A DNA stretch of 64,000 bases from Macrostomum lignano (lineage: Eukaryota): positions 666,638 through 730,637 of the forward strand of contig NIVC01000197.1 of NCBI GenBank assembly GCA_002269645.1, given 5' to 3'. This document shows, one piece after another, positions 1 to 14,190 of the stretch. The notes under the pieces were generated by a model that saw nothing but the letters and a program-made list of their open reading frames with translations, was not told the origin of the DNA and searched no databases. The stretch's first letter is position 1, and each line of letters opens with the position of its first letter. The position numbers and the translations under genes are program-made.

Positions 1-78
1 AAATGAGTGCCTGTGGCACCAAAATGAGTGCCTGCAGAGCCAAAATGAGTACCTGCAGAGCCAAAATGAGTGCCTGGC
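1..78. repeat. Short ~21-bp tandem repeat (aaaatgagtgcctgcagagcc-like), truncated by the window edge
   Basis: About four imperfect copies are visible. Confidence 0.7.
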
Positions 79-2504
79 TGCGGCGCAAAAAATCAGTACT
101 AACAGCACGGCTTCTCAAAACACAATGAAGGAGAATTTTTCGTTTAGAATTCCTGGTCCCCCATCATAAATTCCATGGCGATATAAAAATAATCAAGTGC
201 ATGGTTCAACCAGAAGAGTCTGCAACAAACTGGTAGGGATTTTCCCACACTTCTTGCGTGACTGAAAGCAAACCGGCACTGCAGAGGCTGGTCTGGAGAC
301 CGTCAAGCATTGAATTAAAGCGGTTTCAGCTACAGCCAGATTAAAAGCCTACAATAGACTGGCAGCAAGATGCTACAGAGAAAGTCGAAGCAGGCAGAGG
401 CTTTTTGGCTGGCACGGATGCGGGACGGCGAGTCAGAGGCTGCACACTTGGCACTTTTGCCCCCCAGATTCTGGACAGCCAAGCTGGCTTACCCAGTATC
501 TGGGCCAAACGTTTCTGCGATGTTGCTCGCTTGCATTCGCTCCCGCATGGCGGCTTGGCTCTCCGGCTCCGTCTTTCATCCGCAGATTATGAAGCAGAAA
601 TATATGATTGTGTATTAACGAGTATTCCTGATCAGTATTTACACTATTGAATACAATATCTAGGCAATCCAAGAGTTAAATTGGTTTTCAATGAGAGTTG
701 ATTTCAATTTTTTAGCCTGAAACCACCACTCATTGCAGTTCACGGGAGGCTGGCCCGCTACATCCGCCACGATGACGCATTCTCGGCGCACAGTAGCTGT
801 TTTATGACTCCTTTCTTAGAAAACAATTGAATCTATCATTAAGTAGCCTAGCTGTGTTCTCGCTGTGCACTAATCAAATTATTGGCATGTAACACTAATA
901 ATTATGTTTGTTCATAGTTTGCAGTGTCTAAAAATGAAATCAGAAAAAATGTTGCCTATTATCTCAGTATTGCCTTTTCCCCTCTCTGTATATTGAAAAA
1001 TCATTTCTGTAATTTAAAATTGTACGCCCGGACCGCTGCATGCTCGCAAGTGCCGGAATCCCAGAACATGCTATACCTCTGTGACTCACCTGTGCTCTAC
1101 CAAGCAGGCTATTTCATTTTGGCGCCTCAGAGCTGTCTCCACAGGCCCCACTATGGACTGCTTGGCAACCGGGTGGAGCCTTGTAAATTCTGCACCCCAA
1201 CAATTATGAAATTTGCTTTCTGTTTATCGGGTACAACTTGATGGCTCCAATACGGTATTGTCGTTTTGTAGCACTTATTGGAGCAGTTGCTCCTTACTCT
1301 GCTTTCATTTTGCAGCAAAAGTCCTAACTTTTGTTTGTTTGTTTGTTATTTTGTTTATCTGACTAGCTTTCACGCTGCTGTTCTGTCTTTTGTCTTGGCC
1401 CAACGTAGATTCACTATTTTGAGCATGCCGGCCTGCACTGCCGTCAGTTGGCCACTTGGTTTGTCACTTAGAAATACAGAATATGAACGGGCTTGTGGAG
1501 TCTGTCCACTGTTCACTTTGCAGTTTATAGTAACTCAACACTTTTATTGCTTTAATCTGCCTCTCGCAACCCGAATCTACCTCTTACTCAAATCTACATT
1601 TTACCCAATTCTACCGCTTACCTAGTTCTACCGCTTACCCGAATCTACCCCTTACCCGAATGTACCTTTTACTCGTATCTACCTTTTCAGATACGAGTTA
1701 AAATTTCACAAAACTTGTGATTAATAATGGTTCGTAAAGTACCAGCAGGTCTACGATATCAAATTTAATTAGTTTACAAGCGGGTTTAAAACATAAGCTT
1801 TAATTTACAATTCAAAACAAAAATACAAGTTTGAATCTAACTATTCTACTGATTTCAGTAGGGTACTAAGAAAAATACGCTGAAAATGACTAAAGATATG
1901 ATCGTGATCTATAATAAAACTAATAACCCTACCACAATGATCCATGAAGATTGGGGAATTAACGCATTGGTATTCCTTCCTGAGCAGCTGGGCTTACCAC
2001 AACTGAGCAAAATAGGGAATTAATTATTTCAGCATTTCATCCCCTTCCAAGCAGCCAGATTCCAGCGTTCGTAATCCCCTCAGCTGCTTGGGCCTCCTGG
2101 ACTGCTCCCGCCTGCCATTCAATTCTGCTCTGCATTGTTCTCAAGCCGGAAATTCGCCACATCTGCCACAGGAATAAACCTTACTGGCCTCGGGCAGACA
2201 GCCTTGAAAAGCCCAGCAAAAATGCGGGATAGGCGCTTTGCAATAAATGACCGCACGCTGAGTTGTACGCTTGCCCAACTATCTAGAGATGAAAACTACA
2301 TGTATCTAGAGATGAAAATGTGTTTCAGTGAACACAGAAAACTGAACGAGTGGGTGGGCCAAAAGATTGCGATGCAATTACATGTATCATTTACATGTAC
2401 ATGCAGTCTTAGTGAGCGCTGCATGATGAATGGGGAAGAAATTTCTAGCAAGATAAGGACGGAGAGGTACAAGTACGAGCGTACATGTACGGAGAGTGGA
2501 AATA

Positions 2505-3085
2505 GAGAAGAGTGGAGAGGGAGAAGGGTGGAGAGGGAGAAGGGTGGAGAGGGAAAAGGGTGGAGAGGGAGAAGGGTGGAGAGGGAGATGGGTGGGAGGG
2601 AGATGGGTGGAGAGGGAGAAGGGTGGAGAGGGAGAAGGGTGGGAGGGAGATGGGTGGAGAGGGAGAAGGTTGGAGAGGGAGAAGGGTGGAGAAGGAGAAG
2701 GGTGGAGAGGGAGAAGGGTGGAGAGGGAGATGGGTGGAGAGGGAGAAGGGTGGAGAGGGAGATGGGTGGAGAGGGAGAAGGGTGGAGAGGGAGATGGGTG
2801 GAGAGGGAGAAGGGTGGAGAGGGAGAAGGGTGGAGAGGAAGAAGGGTGGAGAGGAAGATGGGTGGAGAGGGAGAAGGGTGGAGAGGGAGAAGGGTGGAGA
2901 GGGAGAAGGGTGGAGAGGGAGATGGGTGGGAGGGAGAAGGGTGGAGAGGAAGAAGGTTGGAGAGGGAGAAGGGTAGAGAAGGAGAAGGGTTGAGAGGGAG
3001 ATGGGTTGAGAGGGAGAAGGGTGAAGAGGGAGATGGGTGGGAGGATGATGGGAAGGTGGGAAAAGGGTGGGAAGGAGGTGGATGG
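2505..3085. repeat. Purine-rich minisatellite (ggagagggagaagggt, ~16-bp unit)
   Basis: Direct tandem copies; these explain the RE/G-rich and PLS-rich ORFs in the track. Confidence 0.95.
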
Positions 3086-3654
3086 TAGTACATGTAAACA
3101 TACTCGTACTGTTTAGTGGAAGCAATCAATATATTGTTTAGAAATGCCAGCAATTGAATCGAAATACAATCCGGCTAATCCGCGGGGCTATTGAGGTAAT
3201 CGGTGGGGATGTTCTGAACTTGCTTCTTGTGTTTCCTTGACAACAGTAAGTCAGTTTTGAGTTTCAATCAATCACTTGGCCAATGCCAAGAAATCTTGTT
3301 GTAATTGTGTCGCAGGCTGCATGTCTGGCATCTGAGTTCAGTGCACACATTTGCCTGGCAACGAGTGCCTTGAGGTGCTCAAAGATTTTCTTTTAGCTCG
3401 TACCCAAAATGCAGTCTGCTTGGAAAGGCGCTCGCCTTAGCAACTAATTGGCAGGCTAGAAAGGCAGACGGTCCCTAATTGCTTCTTTTGTTCGTAAAAA
3501 ATTACCGCGATTGGGAAGCTGTCAATTCTTCAAGTGGAGATCAGACAGCGGCACTGGGGAGTGAAAGGGGTCGACGTGTGAGGCAGTGAGACAGTGAAAT
3601 TGCTAGGTAGAGAATGCATGTAGGAGAGAACCGTTATGGACTGAGTAGGGACTC

Positions 3655-4752
3655 GGGAGAGACTGAGCAGAGACTCAGGACAGACTGAGTAGAGACTCAG
3701 GAGAGATTGAGTAGACTCAGGAGAGATTGATTAGACTCAGGAGAAACTGATTAGACTCAGGAGAGATTGAGTAGACTCAGGAGAGACTGAGCAGAGACTC
3801 AGGAGAGATTGAGTAGACTCAGGAGAGATTGAGTAGACTCAGGAGAGACTGAGCAGAGACCCAGGAGACACTGAGCAGAGACTCAGGAGAGATTGAGTAG
3901 ACTCAGGAGAGACTGAACAGAGACCCAGGAGACACAGAGCAGAGACTCAGGAGAGACTGAGTAGAGACTCAGGAGAGATTGAGTAGACTCAGGAGAGACT
4001 GAGCAGAGACTCAGGAGAGATTGAGTAGACTCAGGAGAGACTGAGCAGAGACTCAGGAGAGATTGAGTAGACTCAGGAGAGATTGATTAGACTCAGGAGA
4101 GACTGAGCAGAGACTCAGGAGAGATTGAGTAGACTCAGGAGAGATTGAGTAGACTCAGGAGAGATTGAGTAGACTCAGGAGAGACTGAGCAGAGACCCAG
4201 GAGACACTGAGCAGAGACTCAGGAGAGATTGAGTAGACTCAGGAGAGACTGAACAGAGACCCAGGAGACACAGAGCAGAGACTCAGGAGAGACTGAGTAG
4301 AGACTCAGGAGAGATTGAGTAGACTCAGGAGAGACTGAGCAGAGACTCAGGAGAGATTGAGTAGACTCAGGAGAGACTGAGCAGAGACTCAGGAGAGATT
4401 GAGTAGACTCAGGAGAGATTGATTAGACTCAGGAGAGACTGAGCAGAGACTCAGGAGAGATTGAGTAGACTCAGGAGAGATTGAGTAGACTCAGGAGAGA
4501 TTGATTAGACTCAGGAGAGATTGAGTAGACTCAGGAGAGATTGAGTAGACTCAGGAGAGATTGAGTAGACTCAGGAGAGATTGAGTAGACTCAGGAGAGA
4601 CTGAGCAGAGACTCAGGAGACACTGAGCAGACTCAGGAGAGATTGATTAGACTCAGGAGAGACTGAGCAGAGACTCAGGAGAGATTGAGTAGACTCAGGA
4701 GAGATTGAGTAGACTCAGGAGAGACTGAGCAGAGACCCAGGAGAGACTGAGA
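3655..4752. repeat. Minisatellite with 20-22-bp units (agactcaggagagattgagt / agactcaggagagactgagcag)
   Basis: About 50 tandem units with higher-order repetition of variants. Confidence 0.95.
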
Positions 4753-6783
4753 CGAAATCCAAGAGAAACTTAGGAGAAGCTCAAAGAGACTCAGCAGATA
4801 TGAATGAATGATAAAATTGAAGCTCGTTAAAGAGAAGCTTAACTAATCCCTGTGGATTGGCGCCAAAGCCAGTTGAGCTGCAAGTGACAAACTCCCGTTT
4901 AACGGGAAGCAGAATCCAGCTAATGCCGAGGGGATGCAGTGAAATGGTGTGGTAAAAATCGGATTAAAGGATTACTCTGAAGTATTTTTTGACGAGCCGG
5001 ACTCGAGCTCAATAAAAATTCACTTTTATAATCTCGGAAGAAAAGGGAAATCGATTGAAGATATCAATTGGCAAGCAATGTGTAATGAGGTGGCCCATGA
5101 ACTGATGCTCACTCTCACCTTGCCATCTGCCGGTGGTTAACAATGTCATTTATTTGCATCTTCAGAGCAGGCTTATCTGAAATTTCTTTGGCAGAAAGGA
5201 ACTGCCCGCATGGTGCGCTGTTGTGATGCATTATGATTAAGCGGCAGTGGGACATGCATAATTCATGCCAAATAATGCACACATTACAGCAAACTGGGGA
5301 GGTCTATGGGAGCTCCCCATCTCCATCGGCTCTCCTGGGGGAGGCAGAAGATGGCTATGAAGTCTAAAAGCCTTCATGAATTAGTGCATGCGTACAGACA
5401 CTCAACCAGACACTCAAGCGACGGGGAGACCCCAATAGAACTGAGTCAAAGTCACCGGGTTGCGATTGAAATTTTCAGCATTTTCAAATACATCGGATGA
5501 CCAGACAGTGGCTGGTTCCATGTAATCCGCCTTGCTGAACTTCAATTCCAGGGAGCAACATAGCTAGCTGCTGGTGACACAAGCACCAGAAGACCTTCCT
5601 AGAGGCTCTCCTAGAGCCTGTCGTCCAGGGCCTAGCGTAATGATTTCATTGGAGCAAACTCTGAGATTTTGTTCGTAAATTATACCATACTTATTATTAC
5701 ATGTACATGCAGTTTTTCAGATTCCTTTGAAAGACAAAGGCGACAAGGGCACATCTCGACAGTGCAGCTGTATTATTTTCTCAAGGCACTCAGATGCTTA
5801 CAGTGTTGATCTGTCCCTTCAACTTGAGCGATACAAGAGTTGACAAAGAAGCTACAACATACCGTGTAGTCTTTTTGGCTGAGCAGAGAGGAAAGAATAA
5901 ACATGAAATTAGACACTGCGCATCTCAGCTAGGAATAGCACAGAATTCAGTCAATTCCTTGGCCAACTGATATGCTGTTTATGTTTCCATCTCCGGTATC
6001 TGGCTTCTACGTGCATCAGGCATGGGTATCAAGGTCCCAACTGATGAGAAAGTATTGCAGATAATGAGGCATGCTCAATACAGGTAGCATATCATACATA
6101 CCCTGCGGCGACAAAACTTTTATTGACTTTCTGAAAACAGTCGATCTGCTGAGCTCAGACAGGCTGGAAACGTTTTTTTGACTCGCTTTTGAATGCTCGA
6201 ACTGACTGACACCTGGGGATAAAAGGCCACAAAGGGCTGACTCAAAGGGGTGAGTCAAAGCAGGTGTTTTCAGGTATAGGGGGATAAGAAGGACTTTGCA
6301 GCCTCACCAATCTGCAACATCGAATGCACAGAGAGGAGGACAAAGGATGCTGGAGAAGCTGGAGGTGAGTCGGGGGAAATTCTCCCCTTGGCTAGCGGTA
6401 AACACACGGGAATTCGATGAGTGCACGCAGGCCGCCTTTCCTCGGCTTTGAGAGCGGCAGGCTCTGCCCCTCCCCGAGCATAGGCTCCAGTCGCAATCGA
6501 TCTGAAAATGTCCCTAAAGACTGACAGGGAGAAGAAGGGACGCTTCTTCTAGTGGAAATCCCATCTACGCCTCTCTGTTTCTCTGACGAGGACAAAAGAC
6601 GGTTTGGCACAATCAAGCCTTGCAGCGTTAGGGAGCTTACGTGCGCTTTGACTCCGCCACAGCCTTCGCCATGATTAGAAAGACAGGATAATCTCGCCAT
6701 TATCAAAATTAGTTCCCTCTGCTTCTCCTTCGTTTGATAAGGACGTTTTGTTAGGCTTGTTTAGCTAATTTTTCGTCTAAATT

Positions 6784-7636
<853 letters not shown>

Positions 7637-8712
7637 GTAGGTAGGTAGGTACGAGTAGTAAGTGGAAGTCTGGAGTCTGTTAACCCCGAAATCCCACAGT
7701 CAGAAAGTGAGAGAGCGTGGAGTTTCTTCTCTCCGCTTCTCACTGTCGAAGCGGTGGCTTTTGATCTGTGCCTCAGAAAAAGTGTCCCATTCAGCGCTAA
7801 ATTTAGCAGCTCTGCAATCCACCCGGGCGGTCATCAGGGTGATGAATAGCGGAAATGAGTTCACACTGCTTCTGCGATTCCTGCCAGAATTGCTGGCGGC
7901 AGCATTGATAAAGAGAAGCTCACAGAGACCATCTCTTTCTTTCCGTTCTGTTCCAGCCACGTGCTATTGTATTCTCGATCAAGCACTTGCTGGAAATTAG
8001 GCGAGTAAACTGAATATTTAGGAGTCGCTGTTGACGGGACAATCCCAATCTATTCTCCGACAGGCTCAGAACAATTTTGAAAACTCATTCAAGAGACCCA
8101 ACGGGATCTCTTAGTAAACAAGCGCATACCGGCCTCACCTCAATGTCTACTCGCACAAGCTCTGCTTTGAAGCATTGAAATGTCAGTCTTAAGTCAGCTG
8201 TAGATCCATCAAAGGGAACAGGGGCCTTTGTGTTTGTTCCTTTCTATTCTTCGTTGGCTCGTATTACTTGCGTAATAATTACCAAACCTGATTTATGTCT
8301 AAACTCGTTTATACTTCTCTGAGTTGGACTCAGCGACAGGTATGTTTACTGTGATTCCTCTATACATGTAGGCTTTTCTGCTATTGAGCGCAAGATTTTT
8401 TTGTAGGCTTCACATTCCTGAGTGCGTGAGGTTCAAGGCACAAAAATAATTCCTCTATTCAGTTCAGCTACGCTTCTGCAAGTTTGAAACGGAATACAAT
8501 TACCAGCGCATCTCCTGGACAAATCGATCTTGTGTACTCAGCTCCCTGCAGTCATTGTCGCTAACCCCACGGATTGATTGGCCAGCCCCATTTCACCCTA
8601 TTGAACTCGGCCTTTAGCCAGTGCACCAAGCTCAAGCATAGTAAGAGGGAGCGAGACAGAGAGTAGACAAGCGGAGATCGCCAGGACCCTCCCTTCTCCC
8701 AGCTGGCTCTCA

Positions 8713-11700
8713 GTGAGTCGCCAGGTCGCAGCCATTCTGAGCGTACCTTTGCTAAGGGGCCACGACGAGAGCGGTCCCCAGGCGCCGGGCCTGCAAACCG
8801 GCTCAGCTATTTTCAGAGACCGCACCCGCGGCTCCTCCGTCTCCGGATTGCCATCTGCGTCCTCGCCGGGGTCTGCAGCGCTCGGCGGACGGCCCGGTCG
8901 GTCGTGGTCGGCCGCAGTCGGCGGAAGCAGCGGAATCGGTGGCGGTGGAGTCGGCGAAGAGGACTGGGAGGTGCGGATCGGTCGACCAAAGGATCAGTCG
9001 GTGGGATTCTTTGCCGCCAACGAGAGCAGCCTCGGGGGCGCCGGTGGTGGAGGCGGTGGCTTTGATGACAGCGACGAAGAAGAACGCTTGGTGAAGGCAA
9101 GTGCTTGTACATGTACTGCTTTACTATTCCTTGGAGTCGATTTAGTGCATGCGAGTTAAACGACTATTCCAAATGCTCATATGTAAGTGTGGATTTTCCA
9201 AACCATTTCCTGGGATATCATTATTATGCTGTACATAGATGTTGATACTTCCTATAGCTTACATTGCATACATGAGTCTTAAGTATTGTAACAGTTTATG
9301 TAAATTGACGTCATTTGCTGTACAGTCAGCACTCCGATGCAAAAAATACGCTACATATGTGCTTTTTAAAGAAGCTTTCTGTATTAGTCTTGGAATACAC
9401 ACACAAGGAGCACTGTAGTGCATTACAGGATGTAAAACTCAATGATCGAGTAATTTTTTGAAGGCCACTTTCTTGGAAAAATACACTGTGGAGATAGGAA
9501 AAAATTATCTTCACATAATCTCTTATTGAGTTATACCACAGTGGTCTTTGTCAGTTGTCGCAAGACCAGGTTTCTTCGGGTAGGTACAGTAGTATAGCTT
9601 GTCATGTTCCTCGCAACTGGCTCACTACTTCATCCGCCCTTACGTTCTTCAGCGCCAGGTGTACATCTGCGTAGTATTCATGAAGATCGGCGAGATAGAC
9701 ACCATCAAGGAGCAGTTCGCAGCGGATGTTCTAATCAAGGCCAAGTGGCGGGAGCCCGACCTGGACCACAAAAACATCCAACAGGGCAGGCTGGTGAGAA
9801 GCGAGCCTTTCTTCGAAAATCTTAGTACAGAACACAGTAAAGTTGAAGCGCAAGAGGTGCAAAAGTAGTCTTCAAAATGAAACGCTTCCCAGTTGAACTT
9901 TCCTAAAAATACTATTTTATTTGAGTCAAAACGATTTTTACTCAGTTCAACCTGCGGATGCCTTCTAGCCTAGCTAGACGCTTTTTTCCCAATCCCAATC
10001 CTAATCTCGAAATCCGAAAAATCTACAGAGCTACACACCAAATTAGGCCATGATTAGTCAGGATGGAATATGCTATGAAATGGCATAAATCGATCAGATT
10101 TCCATTTCTGACACACAAGTCGCTGGGATCGCCTCGACTAAAATCGCAAATCACGCAATCTAATTTGGCTTTGCGTGCAGCAAAGCCAATTTTCAGAGCT
10201 GCCGTGGGTGAGGCGAAATTATAACAAAAAATTCGCGTAAACAGTTTCTAATCGATAAACTCTCGCTGGTTGCATAGCTTATAAGCTTTAAATGAATTTA
10301 TTCAATCAGACAGTGGTAAAAAATTTTTACTTTGAATTTCAACATCATATACTGTTCTCAACATTCTAGGACTACGACTGGTCAAAAAGTTGGACCCCGA
10401 AGCTGTACATTGAGAACACTATCGGAGAAGGCAAGGAGCAGGTCTACCAGATGATTTCATTCAATGAAGTTGGTCACGCCTTCCTATTTGAAAAGCGGCG
10501 CGTCTCGGGTGTTTTCCTGGAAAATCTGGAGCTCAACCACTTCCCGTTTGATGTTCAGGTAAATGCATGAAGCCAGCACGATGGCTTGTTGGCCGAATAA
10601 GAGCTTTTGCATGAAATCGACGGGATCGTTATCTCTCTGAAAGGCTGTGCGACTTTTTAAAATCTGCTCACACGCCTACTCGGGGAGTATCCTAATATTT
10701 GCGAGGCAAACGCACGAGTCCGTGTGTTCTTAAGACGTTCTGTGCCCTGTTTCTGTGAAGGTGGATATAAAAGATGCGATGAATCCGTGTACCCATTACC
10801 CTCCCATTGGCATGATATCCGGGCTGGATGCTGCCTAGATGGAATGCTAGCTGAGTGAGCAGCAGAGTACTCCAACCCTCAAGTAAAAGAGCAGATGAGA
10901 AGTGGCATTAGCAACCTTACATGTATTTCTGGCAAGAACAACTAGAGATGGATAGTGGACAGTGGAAATGCATTTCTTAGGTTCATTGTATGCATTTAAA
11001 TTCAATGTGACACAAAATTTGCGCAAATAGAATAGAAAATGAGCTTTCACTACAGTTATAGACAAAAATCATGCTGACCTACTTAAAGTATAATCAGTAG
11101 TTTTTTATATCTTCAAGGACCTGACAATAACGGTGGCATCAAATCTGTCCTCAGCCGAGATTCGCCTGGTCAACGATCCCGACGAGCCCCACCGGATTAA
11201 CAAACAGTCGTTTGTTGGTGAGGAATTAAAACTCAATGAATTAATTCTTCGTTGACTTCCGCTATAAAAAGCCGCTGAAATTGAATAGTTAGCATTATAA
11301 TTTCTGTTTGAAATTTACAACTAAGGATATAAACCAGATAAACCCGGAAATTTTTTTGACTACGAACGAAATATTCATCAGTCTTTTAAAAATTCCACTA
11401 AGGTCTAACAAAGCTAAAAAACACTGAACTTCTCTAATCAACGCCTTAGACGAACAGGAGTGGTTTTTGTACAAGCACATCGACACGGAGCAGCGAGAGC
11501 TGGCCTGCGAGTACGCGGACCAGAGCTCCACCCGGCCTGCGCTGTCCGTGAAGTGTCGCGCCGCTCGAAGACCAGCTTATTTTATCTGGAATATTTTCCT
11601 CGTCACGGTGAGTAGAAGTGCTCCTTCTACTTTTGCTTCAAGTGCTTACCCTCTGACACTACATACAAATTCCATATTTGTATGAAGTTCAACCACTATT

Positions 11701-13592
11701 GAGTTCAGACTGAAGAAAATATTGAGTTATTTTACAGGTCCATTTTGTTGCGCAAAAAGTGTAAGCCCACAACTGTTCGATATGTTTTTATTTAATTATA
11801 TTGCTTGATACTTTTCAATCCATTAACTTCGTTAAAATTCAGTGATGAAAATGAAAAGTTTCGTGTCGCTTATTCATTTGGCAACTGAAACGTACCTGTC
11901 ATCATTAAATTTTGCTTGATTCGGAGTAGGACTCACATGTTAATTGGCAAGCTCGTATACCACAATACAACTACTACAATTGTTGCCAAACTTACCTTAC
12001 CAATGCCTTCTATCAACGCCAACAGTTCCTCATCTGCTCCTTGTCGTTGGTAACCTTCGCAGTGAAGAGGGACCTGCCGCAGAACCGATTGCAGCTGACG
12101 TTCACATTGGTGCTCACGCTGGTAGCATTCAAGTTTGTGGTGAACCAATGCTTGCCAAAGATTTCTTATCTCACGTATCTGGTAAGTTTTTTCGTGCACA
12201 GATAGCTCATAGCATCTAACAAGCTTTGAGATACGTGTTACATTATTGTGTGAAGCTTGGTGCAATTGTATTGTTGTATAATATAATAATAATTGATTAT
12301 ACCTGCCCTAATGGGCACATGTGCAACCGACAACTCAGCCGCAGCTATTGCGCGGCGCATCTAAGGCTACATACGGCTGTTCAGTGCAAGTACTGGGGGG
12401 TCGCCACACACCCTCAATTACCCCAGCTAATGCTGGCACCCATTTTATAACTGGGTGAACTGAAGCAATGCATGCAGAGTTACAGGTAAGTGTCTTGCTT
12501 GAGGGCACAAATTGTTTCGAGGGGATCGAGAATCGAACCCCCGACCTTTTAGTCGTGAGCCCGATGCTCTAAAACCCCTCATGTTGCATAAAATGTGAAT
12601 GTTGTGCTACGATTATTGCAAGTACAAGCCTTATAGGAAATGTCAATAGCAACAGAAAGCAATTTAAAACTGCAGGACAAGTACGTGATCAGCAGCCTGT
12701 TCATTCTGACGCTAATCTGTCTGTGGCACGGCCTAATTGTGGTCATTGACAAGATCATCCTCGAACAGTTTGGCATGGTGTGGGACAGTCTGGAAACTTA
12801 CGTAATCATTGGCATGGCATTCAGCTATGTGGCCTACAACGTTGGCTTTGTCATCATGATTTTTTGCGTGGTAAGCTCGCACGGTGGAGCGGTCTTGTCA
12901 CTGGAATGTACTAAGTAAAATAGAATAATGTGCTCAAAGCTGGAAGCCTAAAAATACTACCTAAATAAAGTCGTTCGTTTAAATTCGATGAAAAACAATA
13001 TAACACTTTACAGGCCTGCAAGAGGCGACGAATAATGAAGCAGAAGGACAAGGAATACACGGTGAGCAAGCCTCAATACGATATTGCACCTACCAGCGCC
13101 TAAAGTGCTAAGTTGGGCAGCTTTTACGAGCGTAACTTTTTAAAAGACAAACTCTGTCAATTTTACAATTTTACAGTCGTCCTCTTTTACAATCTAAATT
13201 TGCCCAACAAACAATAGTTTTGCATAAAAATGTTTAATGATTTAACTTTGTACTCGTAATTAATGTCTACTTCCTCCATATCCGGTTTGATCGCAAGAGG
13301 CTCCAATGCAGAAGTTCCGATTAAACGGTCCCCAGCTTGCTAACTCGTAGCTTGCTGGTTATAATGCAGAGAAGATATTCTCCCTTTTTATATCGCTTTT
13401 AAGCACCGGTGAAGAGTTTTCAGCGCTATCAAAAAGTAATGTAGACTCGCAATAGCTAACCTATATTTTCAGGAGCGAGTGAAAATGCAGGTGCGGTCCA
13501 AGGGAATGCGAACTAAACGGATGCTACAACAGACTCAGCTGCTACACGAGGTCAAGGAGAATGGGCAGTCCACGGCGGTTGCGTTCATTTGA
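8713..13592 (+). CDS. Cys-less (Pro-loop) pentameric ligand-gated ion channel subunit; 5' start unresolved
   Basis: Exons ~8713..9096, 9653..9793, 10370..10558, 11118..11217, 11450..11607, 12026..12181, 12676..12870, 13014..13061, 13473..13592 splice in frame. Translation includes VYICVVFMKIGEIDTIKEQFAADV, WTPKLYIEN, GVFLENLELNHFPFDVQDL (Pro-loop, no Cys pair), RRPAYFIWNIFL (M1), NRLQLTFTLVLTLVAFKF (M2), LPKISYLTYLDKY (M2-M3, like GLIC LPKTPYMTY) and M4. A candidate upstream ATG mini-exon at 8295..8339 is uncertain. Confidence 0.9.
12283..12580 (-). mobile_element. tRNA-derived SINE, family 1 (in a pLGIC intron)
   Basis: The minus strand has a tRNA-like head with B box GGTTCGATTC, a body with gtgccctcaagcaagacactt, and an ATT tail. 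The 3' part matches the copy at 33591-33823. Confidence 0.8.
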
Positions 13593-13899
13593 GTTCGACG
13601 AAATGACTGCTGTGGTATTCATGTCTGACTTGAGAAATTGTGACAAGAGCTGCGCGATCATGCAATGTACGAGGAACAATTACCCATAGTTCAATCAGTT
13701 TCGGCAAATGGGTGTCTTAACAGCGGGAAGGATTTCTCTATAGCTACAAACCGCAAAAAATCGCAGATATTGTACCCTCAGGGAGCTTGAAATCTTGGCG
13801 CGACTGGGATCATAATCAGCCCCTGAACTCAACCAGCAGTCTGTTGCTCAAGATGTTGCTCAAGAACATCAGAAGGACTACATCAGCACGCTTTCTGAT

Positions 13900-14190
13900 G
13901 CTAGCAAAAATGCAGAAGGTTTAACTTCCTGCTTGAACAGATCAGTCTCGCAGTGAAGGAGAAGCATATTAGTCGAATTTATTCATCAGAAGCGACTGTT
14001 TTCTCGGTTTTACTTCAGCTCTGCGACCCACAGAGTGTCGTTGAAAGAGAATATTCTCTGTTTTCCGTCGGTTAAAACCCTGCAAAACGTTACACGGCGG
14101 GTTCAGTGAGAAACTGGGCTTGACAACACCGCCTTTCTGAGTCTCCGTATATCGAAGCTGAATGCCTTGAAGAAAGCAACCTCTGGTGAC
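13900..14190 (+). mobile_element. Degenerate THAP9/P-element-like transposase fragment
   Basis: Frameshifted translation FLLEQISL...YSSEATVFSVLLQL / LKENILCFPSVKTLQNVTRRFSEKLG-DNTAFLSLRISKLN resembles the 'Y..L....L.LPS..TL' N-terminal region of P/THAP9 transposases. Recognised by eye only. Confidence 0.45.

Noticed and set aside
200-2000. Short ORFs and possible decayed elements (also 4800-6700 and 29400-33200)
   Set aside because: There are no recognisable motifs or consistent splice-linked reading frames.
2135-3153. Long RE/G-rich and PLS-rich ORFs on both strands
   Set aside because: They are translations of the purine-rich minisatellite; there is no domain, and several frames are open at once.
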